Shown: piece after piece, positions 51,975-60,865 of the stretch
How the letters are laid out: each line of letters starts with the position of its first letter
Numbering within the stretch: the first letter of the stretch is position 1
Origin: Polyangiaceae bacterium
Lineage (GTDB): Bacteria; Myxococcota_A; Polyangia; Polyangiales; Polyangiaceae
NCBI GenBank assembly: GCA_044376115.1
Contig: JBILLK010000013.1
Coordinates: forward strand, 186,736 to 250,735
Reading direction: 5' to 3'
DNA: 64,000 nt
Made by a program: the position numbers and the translations under genes
Notes under the pieces: generated by a model
Seen by the model: only the letters and a program-made list of their open reading frames with translations
Database searches by the model: none
Told to the model about the DNA's origin: nothing

Positions 51975-52960
51975 TGCGCCGCGCCTTCCCTCAGCACGAG
52001 CTCTACATCCACATCGACGGCGTCCCGGCCGAAGAAGCTCGAGCCGAGCCTGCGCGACGACCAACGCTGTTGTACGAGGCCACTCACCGAAGCTGGCAGC
52101 GCGACGTAGCCAACCGCCAGCGCAAGCTCCTCGGAGCGCCGCAGGTAGTAGTCGACGAAGCGCGCGACTTCGGGCCGCTCCGCAGCGTCCGCGGCCACAT
52201 ATAGGAACAAGGGCCGGGACATCGGCTGATAGCGGTGACTCGTGATCGCTTCGACGCTTGGAGCAATCGGCCCCGCTCCGTTCTCCGGCCGCTCGTCGTC
52301 GATCGCTAGCGCTCGCAGCGCCTTCTCGTTCGCCGAGAAGTAAGCGAAGCCGAAGTAGCCGAGCGCGTCCTCATCCATCATCACGCCTTGCACGAGCGCG
52401 TTATCGGTCTCGCTGCGCGTGTAGTCGCTGCGACTTGCGCCCTTCTTGTTGACGACGGCTTCGGTGAAATACTCGAAGGTGCCCGAGTCGGTGCCTGGTC
52501 CAAACAGCCGCAAGGGTCGGTCGGGAAAGCCTGGTCGCACCTGCGACCAACGGGTGATGGTGGCCTCGGCCTCGGGCTGCCAAATCCTGCGTAGCTCCTC
52601 GACCGTGAGCGAACTCACCCAGTCATTGGCGAGGTTCACGACCACGACCAAACCATCGTAGGCAATCGGCAGCTCGATGAAGTCGACGCCGCCGCGCTCA
52701 CAGGCCGCGAGCTCCTCGCGAGTAACTGGGCGCGAGGCGCCGATCAGGTCGACCTCGCCGTGGCAGAACTTCTTGAAGCCGCCGCCGGTGCCCGAACTTC
52801 CGACCGTTACGTAACCACGCTCCTCGCGGGCGTACTCCTCGGCAGCCGCCATGCTGATCAGGAACACCGTGCTGGAGCCGTCTACCTTCACTCGCTCTTG
52901 CTTGTGCTTGGAACAGCTGCAGGCGATGCAACAAGCGAATGCCAGCCAGCGGAGGTTCAC
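51971..52960 (-). CDS. pstS: Phosphate ABC transporter substrate-binding lipoprotein
   Basis: [41 protein letters not shown]; start uncertain. Confidence 0.93.
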   Translation of the reverse strand: MNLRWLAFACCIACSCSKHKQERVKVDGSSTVFLISMAAAEEYAREERGYVTVGSSGTGGGFKKFCHGEVDLIGASRPVTREELAACERGGVDFIELPIAYDGLVVVVNLANDWVSSLTVEELRRIWQPEAEATITRWSQVRPGFPDRPLRLFGPGTDSGTFEYFTEAVVNKKGASRSDYTRSETDNALVQGVMMDEDALGYFGFAYFSANEKALRALAIDDERPENGAGPIAPSVEAITSHRYQPMSRPLFLYVAADAAERPEVARFVDYYLRRSEELALAVGYVALPASVSGLVQQRWSSRRLGSSFFGRDAVDVDVELVLREGAAQ

Positions 52961-53073
52961 TCGTGAAGAGTGCAGCCGCGGTGTGACGCTACCGTCACGG
53001 TAGCGAAACTTCCCTGACGTTGCTGAACAGCCCGAGCCGCATTGACAGGTCCTGCTACGGCACGGATAACCCA

Positions 53074-54183
53074 ATGATGTCGCTCGACCTGTACCTGGTG
53101 CTGAGTGGAGCGCTTCCCAGCCTAACCAAGCTCAATGAGCGCTTCGAACAGGAAGGCGGCGCGAGCGGGTCGTGGAAGACAGGTGCGCAAATCGGAGCGG
53201 TTGAGCTAACGCTCGCCGAGGACGCTCGCGAGTTGGTCAGTGCGCTGCTCAAAAAGACCGGAAAGAAGCTTGCGGTCGATCATGTTCTGCGGCTCACCGA
53301 GGGGGAGTTCGAGGACGCGGAGGACGTAGCGGAGGTCTTGCTCAAGCTCTGCGGCGGCGCCCTGATGAGTGAATCGGGCGCGGTGCTGCTATCGCATAGC
53401 GGGCCTAAGAAGAAGCCTGCCTTGGCCGAGGCCGTCGCGGCGAAGGCCGTCGCGGCGCAGCCCAAGCGGCGCGGCAGCCTCGACACGTCCATTCCGCCGG
53501 AGGTTCTGGAGCTGCTTGGTGGAGAGCAAGCGCTGTACGAGGTTCACCCGCGCCAAGACCCCACAACGAGCTCTCGAACGCTGATGAAGGCTGTACCGCA
53601 GCCGACCCCCGAGGTTGAGTACGGACCGAGCAGCGAGCGTTCGATCAAGCTTGGGCCGCTATGGTTCGCTCGCGCGCGGGTCGTCTACCGCACTGCATTC
53701 GAGCCCTGGTACGTCAAAGAATGCACCCCGGAAGAATGGCTTTCGACCCTGCATTACGCCTGTGGGTTTGCTCGGAATACGCGCGCGGTTTTGCTTCGCC
53801 GAATCGAGGGCGGAGACGTGCGCTACGACTTCGATCCGAGCGCGCCTCTACCACCAACCGTACCGCTCGCCGTTGGACCCTGTGAAAACTTCAGCGCGAC
53901 CACGCTCCAACTTTTGGCGCGCGGGTCCGGCCCGATGATCGGAATGGGCCAGAAAATCGCCATTCGCTGGCACATCCCAGGAGCGACCGAGCCAGTCGAG
54001 ACACGCGTCGTGCTTGGCGCAGCCAAGACCAACCCCGCGCTTGCGCACCTCCATGGCGAGCAACCGGGCACCACCGTTCGAATCGCGATTACCGAACCGC
54101 GGGGCCTCACCTCTCGCGTCCCACCGTGCCCAGACGGGCCAAGCGCGGTGCTGGAGATCACCATTCTCAAGCTCTTTGCGTGA
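53074..54183 (+). CDS. Hypothetical protein
   Basis: About 370-aa ORF divergent from pstS, no recognised motif. Confidence 0.55.
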   Translation: MMSLDLYLVLSGALPSLTKLNERFEQEGGASGSWKTGAQIGAVELTLAEDARELVSALLKKTGKKLAVDHVLRLTEGEFEDAEDVAEVLLKLCGGALMSESGAVLLSHSGPKKKPALAEAVAAKAVAAQPKRRGSLDTSIPPEVLELLGGEQALYEVHPRQDPTTSSRTLMKAVPQPTPEVEYGPSSERSIKLGPLWFARARVVYRTAFEPWYVKECTPEEWLSTLHYACGFARNTRAVLLRRIEGGDVRYDFDPSAPLPPTVPLAVGPCENFSATTLQLLARGSGPMIGMGQKIAIRWHIPGATEPVETRVVLGAAKTNPALAHLHGEQPGTTVRIAITEPRGLTSRVPPCPDGPSAVLEITILKLFA

Positions 54184-54324
54184 GCGAACCCATGGTGGAG
54201 ATATGCCCTCGCACCTTGAAACGCATCGCTCCCGTGGCGCCGCACCGTTAGCTGCCTGTAACTCGACCCGCCGCCTCCACTACCGGAGCCAATGCACTGC
54301 AAGCCCCGTGGGCGCTGGCACGCC

Positions 54325-54529
54325 GCGACGTAACCCAGGGGAGCTGCGCTAGCCTGCCCGCGATACTTCGCAAAAACGCCCGCACTTTGCAGCGGCTGGG
54401 TCATCGGCACTGCAAAAACGGCCAATATCCAAGCTAGTAGGTCGCTCCACGCCAGCCGAATGCGGTCGTAAGCCCGTCGCAGGCGAATTAACGCATAGGG
54501 GCTAGCGCAGCTACCCTGGCTTAGTTCGC
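54325..54529. repeat. About 205-bp segment bounded by 30-bp imperfect inverted repeats
   Basis: ccaggggagctgcgctagcc (54335-54354) vs ggctagcgcagctaccctgg (54500-54519), 19/20 complementary. Confidence 0.7.
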
Positions 54530-54615
54530 AATGCGACCCAGCGGGCGGCTCACGGCGCCGCTCCCAACCATTGCACCGTAAAATCTTTCCGGCGCCGCGG
54601 CAGAAGCGGTGTCCG

Positions 54616-54774
54616 AGCGAGCTCAGACAGTGTGATAGGCCCCCCACACTTCCGTCATCCTCCCGCGAGCTGGCTCCCCCATCCGCGCGCAGCGCAACGC
54701 AGTGGAGCGAGCAAGGATTTGGGGGAGCAGTGGCGCAGCGCAGCTTCGCTGCGCGAGCACACCGAGGGGGCTAC
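54616..54774 (-). repeat. REP-like element: leader hairpin plus one unit
   Basis: Collinear with 48797 copy at 5819-bp offset; minus-strand end begins GTAG. Confidence 0.85.
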
Positions 54775-54776
54775 AC

Positions 54777-55289
54777 CTAACCCTCAACCTCACGCGTAGC
54801 CGCCAATCGCTGCAACGTATCGCGCAGGCGTACCATCTGGTCGAAGCCCAGCCCTTGGCCGACGAAGGACGCCCCGTAGAGCAAGCCAAGCAACACCAGC
54901 GCGGCGGGCACGACCAGCAGCGCCGTTGGTGATTCACCCAGCGTCACCTGCGCGAAGCCGTAACTCAGGGCGATCAACGCTAGTGTACCGAGTACGAAGT
55001 GACCGGCCAGGTACATGCCCCACACATGCGGATGGGGGCCAAAGCGCACCGAGAGGCGCGTCTTTTCACCTTCGACGCGAACGTCAGCGATCAACTGAGG
55101 CGACCATAGATGTTGCTCCTCGCTGGTGAAGGCCATCTCGATGCGATGGGGCAGCGCCAGCCCTTTGATCTGCTCGTTGCTGCGAAAGAAGCTGCGAACC
55201 GACTCGATGATGGCTTCGGGCGTTGCGTCCGACTCGAACTCGTAGCGCGGCCTTGGTCGCGGACGTTTGCTTCGCTTCTTGTCGTTCAC
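54777..55289 (-). CDS. Hypothetical membrane protein (2 TM)
   Basis: WSPQL, RFGPHPHVW then two hydrophobic helices. Confidence 0.65.
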   Translation of the reverse strand: MNDKKRSKRPRPRPRYEFESDATPEAIIESVRSFFRSNEQIKGLALPHRIEMAFTSEEQHLWSPQLIADVRVEGEKTRLSVRFGPHPHVWGMYLAGHFVLGTLALIALSYGFAQVTLGESPTALLVVPAALVLLGLLYGASFVGQGLGFDQMVRLRDTLQRLAATREVEG

Positions 55290-55412
55290 GCAGCACCCCA
55301 GAGGTCGAGCGTAGCGCGCGTTGGGAGCGTTCGTCGTCGCAAGTTCTGCGGCGCAAAGGTGCCGTTGCGAAGCGTATGTACGACCCTCGCTAGGTTGTGT
55401 ACGAGTGCGCCG

Positions 55413-56054
55413 ATGAAGAACTTCGTTCCTGCGTTGATGCTCCTGCTTGCAGCCTGTGGTGATTCCCCGGCGACCAGCGCTTCGGGTTCGAGCGCTGCAT
55501 CGGCCGCTAAGTCGGTGAAGTCGGCAACGGCTTCGGCCAAGCCAGCAGCATCACCCAGCGCAGCCAACGGCCCGGCACCGACCGCCGCAAGCTCCACAAG
55601 TGCCGACACCAGCCCTGCACTGAGCGGCAGCGCCACAGCGAGCGCAGCGCCGGCCACTGTGCCGCCCGCGAACAAGGGGGAGGTCAAGTTGACCGCCCTG
55701 ATCGAGGGCTTCAAAAAGGACCGAGCGGCCTGGCTCGGTGCGAGCCTCAAGACCAAGGGCGCAATCACCAGCATCACCAACAACGCCTTCATCTTGGACA
55801 ACGGGAAGCTCATGGGCCCGGATGACAAGGGCACGTTCTACGCCGTCTATCTGCGCGATGACGGCGACGAAAAAGGTCCCACCGTGGGTTGCATGCTCGA
55901 GGCCGGAAGTGAGCTCACCGCTGCGCGCGAGGCCTTCATGAAGAGCGCTGGTGGAGCGGTGGTCGTGCTCGAAGTCGAGGGCACCGTGGAGGGTTCGTTT
56001 GGCTCGCTCGCACCGTGCAAAGTGCTCAAGCAGAAGGTTGCGAGAGCGAAGTAA
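55413..56054 (+). CDS. Lipoprotein with Ser/Ala linker and OB-fold-like C-terminal domain
   Basis: LAAC lipobox; KGAITSI...VGCML...VEGTVEG...PCKV resembles tRNA_anti-like OB fold. Confidence 0.6.
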   Translation: MKNFVPALMLLLAACGDSPATSASGSSAASAAKSVKSATASAKPAASPSAANGPAPTAASSTSADTSPALSGSATASAAPATVPPANKGEVKLTALIEGFKKDRAAWLGASLKTKGAITSITNNAFILDNGKLMGPDDKGTFYAVYLRDDGDEKGPTVGCMLEAGSELTAAREAFMKSAGGAVVVLEVEGTVEGSFGSLAPCKVLKQKVARAK

Positions 56055-56407
56055 TGAGCCAACGGGCAACGGCGCTACCTCGCTGGCAGTCGCAAGCAGC
56101 TAGCTTCGATCTTGGCTGCGAGCTGGCTGCGCTGGCGGTGAGCGAGCGGGACCGGCACGTGCTGACGTTGGCGCGCCGCAAGCTCGGCTCATCGCAGGAC
56201 TTCGGTGAGGCCTTGCGCGCGCTCGCGGAAGCGACGCGCGAGCTGATCCCGGCAGGGCGTATCTACCTCTTGGGTCGCAACGCTGAGGGTCCCATCGTCG
56301 GCTCGGTGATTTCGGGCGTCGGCCTGTTTGTGCGCGCGCAGGCGATCGTGATCGGCCGGGTGGATCGGCAGGGCGGTGTTCACGAGTTGGGGAGCTTCAG
56401 CCATTGA
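56054..56407 (+). CDS. Hypothetical protein
   Basis: TAATG coupling with upstream gene, 4-bp overlap with downstream gene. Confidence 0.55.
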   Translation: MSQRATALPRWQSQAASFDLGCELAALAVSERDRHVLTLARRKLGSSQDFGEALRALAEATRELIPAGRIYLLGRNAEGPIVGSVISGVGLFVRAQAIVIGRVDRQGGVHELGSFSH

Positions 56408-57078
56408 AGGGCCGGCTCAACTTCGATCCCGAGCGTTGCTCCTACGGCGCAGCCACGCTCGCTGTGCGACGCATCTTGCGTGAGTGGGCCGAGGTCGATT
56501 GGTTCGTTCCGCCGCGCGGGCTCGTGGCAACGGTTCGCGCAACGCGGCTTTTCTCCGAGCACCACGCGCTGGCGCGCAGCCTGCGGCCCGATCTTTTCGC
56601 AGGGCCGCTCGAGGTCGAGCTCGTGCGCGGTAACTTCGATGACTTCGCGGCACTTTGTGAGCGCGTACGCGAGCCGGGAATGAAGTGGGATTGGAAGTAC
56701 GGTGCGCTCAAACAGCTGTCCTACGCCCATTCGCGCGCTCACGGCTTTTCGCTCGAGAGCCAAGCCGCAACCACGGCAGACGGTCCGCCCAAGCCCGGCG
56801 ACTTGTTCTTCCGCTTGGGCGAGCAGGTGATGTGGAATCAGGTCGCGCCGAAGCTCGAGCTCGAGCCTTCATTGACGCGGGAGCAGGCCGAGCTCGGAGC
56901 TTGGTATTTCGGCTACGCCAATATGGATGTAACCGACTGCATCGAATGGCAGCTCGCTGAGTCCTCCGACGACTTCAGCAGCAACCCTTTTGCACCGCTC
57001 TTGCGCTGTTACGCCGAGGGCTGCTTGCCCTTTGGCATCGGTCCGAGCGAAGTCATCCTGTTCGCGTTCGATCGCTGA
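56404..57078 (+). CDS. Hypothetical protein
   Basis: 224-aa ORF coupled to upstream gene; aromatic-rich, NPFAPLLRCY..G motif. Confidence 0.6.
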   Translation: MKGRLNFDPERCSYGAATLAVRRILREWAEVDWFVPPRGLVATVRATRLFSEHHALARSLRPDLFAGPLEVELVRGNFDDFAALCERVREPGMKWDWKYGALKQLSYAHSRAHGFSLESQAATTADGPPKPGDLFFRLGEQVMWNQVAPKLELEPSLTREQAELGAWYFGYANMDVTDCIEWQLAESSDDFSSNPFAPLLRCYAEGCLPFGIGPSEVILFAFDR

Positions 57079-57198
57079 TCGGTATCCACGCCGTGGACAG
57101 GGCGTCCACGAAGTAGACGCCGGAGCGCCAGAGACCATGGTCGCATGCCGGCGATCTCGCTTCAGCTGCGATGGCATGGCTCGTGAACTAGACAGCCC

Positions 57199-57747
57199 AT
57201 GAAGCTACGACCGTATGCACTCGTCCTTTTGCTTGCCTGTACGCCTGCAACACTTCCGGCGCCTGAGAGCACGTCCAACTCCACCAGCACCGCCTCACCG
57301 AGTTCGGCGCTGCCCACCGAGCCTCCGAACCGCATCGGCGTGCCGATCGCAGTAGGCGTCTTCGGTGAAGAGTATGAGCTCGGTGCTGGACGCAGTGAAC
57401 TCGTGCTCGATGCCGACGGTTGGGTCGCTCAACGCGGTTACACCGACAAGCACGGCGTCTCGACCGACGACCAGCCTGTGTTGCGCATCGTCGATGGCGA
57501 GGCGCGCTCGTTGACCGGCGCACGTTTGGCTCGCGTTGATGCGAGCGGACGTATCCAGCCCATCGCGTTCCCGGAGAATGCGCTCTCCACGAGCCTTCGC
57601 ATCGATGCTGATGGCTACCTCGTGGCTCACCACGGACAGCGCATCGACACAGTGATGACCGTGGAGGGAGACCGCAACCGACGCAAGGACCTCGCGCTCG
57701 CCGAAGCGGTGCTCAGCCTCCTACCTGTCTTCGCAGCGACGCCTTGA
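57199..57747 (+). CDS. Hypothetical lipoprotein
   Basis: LLAC lipobox. Confidence 0.6.
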   Translation: MKLRPYALVLLLACTPATLPAPESTSNSTSTASPSSALPTEPPNRIGVPIAVGVFGEEYELGAGRSELVLDADGWVAQRGYTDKHGVSTDDQPVLRIVDGEARSLTGARLARVDASGRIQPIAFPENALSTSLRIDADGYLVAHHGQRIDTVMTVEGDRNRRKDLALAEAVLSLLPVFAATP

Positions 57748-57813
57748 ACGGCGCGCTCGGCGGTTCACCCGGGCGGAGGTGCCGCAGTGGCGGCACCTCG
57801 CGATGCAACCTTT

Positions 57814-58890
57814 TCAGCTACAGCCACCGCCGCCACCGCAACCACCGCCACCACCGCAACTGCTGCCGCTGCTGCAACTGCTGCCACTACTGCCGCTACT
57901 GCAACTGCTCCCGCCGCTGATGCTCGAATAGTCCGCGAGACCCGTGCTGCTCCCGCTGTTGCTCGTGAACGAGGCGAACGGGCCGAGCGCGGGGGGCGGG
58001 CCAAACGCTGCGACCAGCGGAAGCGATAGTGCGTACATCCCCGAGAGCGAGGCTGCGACCGCGCTGCCTCCGACGGCAACCGCGAGGGAGAACTCGGGCT
58101 CGGCGCTGCGCCGCCCTTCGCGAACGTCGCGACGCAACGAGGTGGTCGCGTCGTTGAGCCAGGCCAGATACTCCCGCGCGCGTTTGGGCTGCGGGATGTA
58201 TTTGTTGCGCCGGAGCAAGCCGAAGGCCAGTACCGCGGCCATGGCCAATAACAGATAGACCGGTACGTTGTGGCCTGGTCGAGTCACCACGCGAACAGCG
58301 CCGAGCGCAACCGCCGCGAAGGTGGCGCCCATGCTCGTTAGCCCAACCAAGCGCAAGGTGGCCGGCTCCGACTTGAGTCCGGCCTGTTCCAGCCGCTGCG
58401 CAAGGCTCAGCTCTTGGTCTTCCGCGAAGCGCCGGGCATACCGCGCGAGCTGCTCCGGGCTGTGCGGCTCATTCGGCATACCGGCGAGGAAGCTCTGCAT
58501 CCAGCTGGCCTCACTCACAGCCTTCTTTGATGGGTAATACGCACCCTCATGCAAATAGACCCATTCCCCACGTATCGCGGTAGATAGAGCCGCCTCGGCG
58601 ACTGCACTGAGCCCGTCTCGCAAGTAGGCAATAGCTAGGTGCTCGTCCATCCGCGGGAGATGGCCGATCGAAAGCGGCTGATGGACGTCGCCAGCATGAG
58701 CGTGCCGATAACCCCGTTCCGCCGGAGCCGTCGCCCCGGCTCGCTGCAGCGGCCGCGCGCGACGCTCCACCAGCCAAAGCTTGACCAAGCGCCCGCCCAG
58801 GAAGCAGCCAGCCGCCAACCCTAGATAGATAACTAGCCAGTAGGCGCCATCAGGCAGATTAAACGGAAACAGAAGGAACCTCCAACGCAT
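57814..58890 (-). CDS. TIGR04222-like integral membrane protein
   Basis: N-terminal PF.L...TM, AIAYLRDG, two further TM helices, C-terminal SSCSSGSSCGGGGGCGGGGGCS tail. Confidence 0.72.
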   Translation of the reverse strand: MRWRFLLFPFNLPDGAYWLVIYLGLAAGCFLGGRLVKLWLVERRARPLQRAGATAPAERGYRHAHAGDVHQPLSIGHLPRMDEHLAIAYLRDGLSAVAEAALSTAIRGEWVYLHEGAYYPSKKAVSEASWMQSFLAGMPNEPHSPEQLARYARRFAEDQELSLAQRLEQAGLKSEPATLRLVGLTSMGATFAAVALGAVRVVTRPGHNVPVYLLLAMAAVLAFGLLRRNKYIPQPKRAREYLAWLNDATTSLRRDVREGRRSAEPEFSLAVAVGGSAVAASLSGMYALSLPLVAAFGPPPALGPFASFTSNSGSSTGLADYSSISGGSSCSSGSSGSSCSSGSSCGGGGGCGGGGGCS

Positions 58891-59575
58891 CGACCTCGCC
58901 TAGCAGCCGGTCAATCAACGCACAAAGCCCCATGATCGCTGGACGCGGCTCGCTTTCGTAGGCGAGGACGCTGCTAGCGGCTACGCCGTAGCGCCCGGCG
59001 AGCGCCTCGATCACCGCTGGAACGGCTACAGGCGCCGGCACAGCCAAGAGCCTGAGTGCGGCGCGGAACGGGCTCCGCAACTGCTTCAACTTGCGCTCCA
59101 CGGTAGCCCGCAAGGGTGCGCTCTCCGCTTGCGACTCTGCAATGATGCGGCGCAGGCGGATGCGAGCGTCACGCAGCTCCTGCTCCACCCGTAAGCGGAT
59201 ATGCGCTTCGCTGGGCTTCAGCCCGTGGAACGGGTTCTCGCCCAAGAGCGCAACCCCCTCCTCCGCAATATCCCCGTACATGAGTGGGAAGACGTCCGCG
59301 GCTTGGGCCGTCTCCCGCTCCAACATCAAAATCACGCCGATGCGGGCCGAGTAACGCGCCAGCTTGAGCGCCCCACCCACGGCCTCGAGCGAGGTCTGCG
59401 CGTCCTCTCCGAGAATCACCAGTAAATCGACATCACTCTCATTCGCCCGATAATCCCCGCGCGCCGCGCTGCCGTACGCCACAATCGCTTTCAGTTCAGG
59501 CCCGAAGGCTGCCTGCAGCGCGGTGATGAGTTGGTCGAGCGCGGCCTGAATGTCCGCCGGTATCGCAAGCTGCAT
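58859..59575 (-). CDS. Nucleotidyltransferase domain protein (Pol beta fold)
   Basis: YGSAARG...SDVDLLVIL, DVFPL, LRVEQELR. Confidence 0.8.
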   Translation of the reverse strand: MQLAIPADIQAALDQLITALQAAFGPELKAIVAYGSAARGDYRANESDVDLLVILGEDAQTSLEAVGGALKLARYSARIGVILMLERETAQAADVFPLMYGDIAEEGVALLGENPFHGLKPSEAHIRLRVEQELRDARIRLRRIIAESQAESAPLRATVERKLKQLRSPFRAALRLLAVPAPVAVPAVIEALAGRYGVAASSVLAYESEPRPAIMGLCALIDRLLGEVDALEVPSVSV

Positions 59576-59792
59576 GGTGCCCCCAAAGGAGGCTCATGCT
59601 TATCGCATTGCCGCGTACTGCGCGAGCGAACACCGAGCCAAGCGTTGGCTCGGCCCTGCGCAGAGACCCTTGGTTGGCGGCGCCCTCTTCTCCGCCACCG
59701 AGCGGGCGATTTAGTCGCGGGGGACGGTGGTCAACGGCTGCACCAGCTCACGTCCACTTGCCTGCTGCTCCCGGCTCTGCGAAGGCGGGGCC

Positions 59793-60842
59793 ATGCGCAC
59801 TCGCCTGCTCTCGCTCGTTGCTTGCTTCGCCCTCTCCGGCTGCTTCCTGTTCAAGTCGCCCGCCGCCTACGAGGCCGATCAACAAGCCGCCGTGGCGCAA
59901 GCCCGCGCCACCACGGACAATCAGGTAGCGGCCGACCTCGAGAAGTCACGCCGCGCGGCCTTCGAGCGGCCGGGCGAGGTGCAAGAGGCTCGCGTCTTTG
60001 CGCAGAATGTCGCGGCGGCGTTCGAACTTGGGGTGATTGAGCGCAAGCAGCTCGACGGCGCTGGGCTCTTGCGCACCGCGGGAGAGTCGCTCGACAAGGC
60101 CGGCGCGGCGCACCCGGAGTCGCTGCCGGAGATCGAGTTCTCACGCGGCGGCATGTTGCTCCTGGCCAAGAAGACTGAAGAAGGCATCAGCGCCTTGCGC
60201 GCCTCGATGGCGGCCAAACCCTCGCCGCGCGCCTGCGTCGCGCTGATCGCCGAGCTCGATAAGCAAGGCGACCCGAACAAAGAGATCATCCCGCTGTGCA
60301 AACAAGCGCTTCCCAACGTCGCCAGCGACGAGACGCACTTCGCGCTGCTCGATGGTTGCGCGCGCCACGGGCACGACCCCAGCCTGAGCTGGGCCGGCGC
60401 GACGGAGGTCGCCTTCTACAAGCAATACCAAACCCGCCTTGCGGAAGAGCGGGCGGCCCAGCAAGCCGAAGAGGCTCGACGCTCCGCTGAATTCGCTGCG
60501 GCCGCGCGCGAACGCGATGACCGACGCAACGGGGGAGGCTCAGCGGGCAGCAGCGGCGGCAATAGCAACTCCGGCAGCGGTAACGCAGGCGGCGGGAATT
60601 GGTCGCTCAGCCTCAAGAACAACTGCAAGAAGACGGTGAAGCTCTTCCTCGGTAACAAGCCCAAGTTCGGTAGCGGCACCAACACCTCGATTGGCGCCAA
60701 TACCATTAGCTCGTACTCAGGCCGCGAGGGCGACCTGATCTGGATCGTAGACGAGAGGGAGAACGGGCTATCCAGCATCAGCCCGCGCGGTAGCCAGCGG
60801 ATGCAGATCACCGAGGGCTGCAGCGGCTTCGCGCCGAACTGA
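59793..60842 (+). CDS. Lipoprotein with TPR-like region and C-terminal beta domain
   Basis: LSGC lipobox, helical core, Gly/Asn linker, SLKNNCKKTVKLF domain. Confidence 0.7.
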   Translation: MRTRLLSLVACFALSGCFLFKSPAAYEADQQAAVAQARATTDNQVAADLEKSRRAAFERPGEVQEARVFAQNVAAAFELGVIERKQLDGAGLLRTAGESLDKAGAAHPESLPEIEFSRGGMLLLAKKTEEGISALRASMAAKPSPRACVALIAELDKQGDPNKEIIPLCKQALPNVASDETHFALLDGCARHGHDPSLSWAGATEVAFYKQYQTRLAEERAAQQAEEARRSAEFAAAARERDDRRNGGGSAGSSGGNSNSGSGNAGGGNWSLSLKNNCKKTVKLFLGNKPKFGSGTNTSIGANTISSYSGREGDLIWIVDERENGLSSISPRGSQRMQITEGCSGFAPN

Positions 60843-60865
60843 GCAAAGCCGACCTCGCGCTTGAA

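Noticed and set aside
57817..57920. Trinucleotide-like low-complexity repeat
   Set aside because: Encodes the Ser/Gly/Cys tail of the TIGR04222-like protein.
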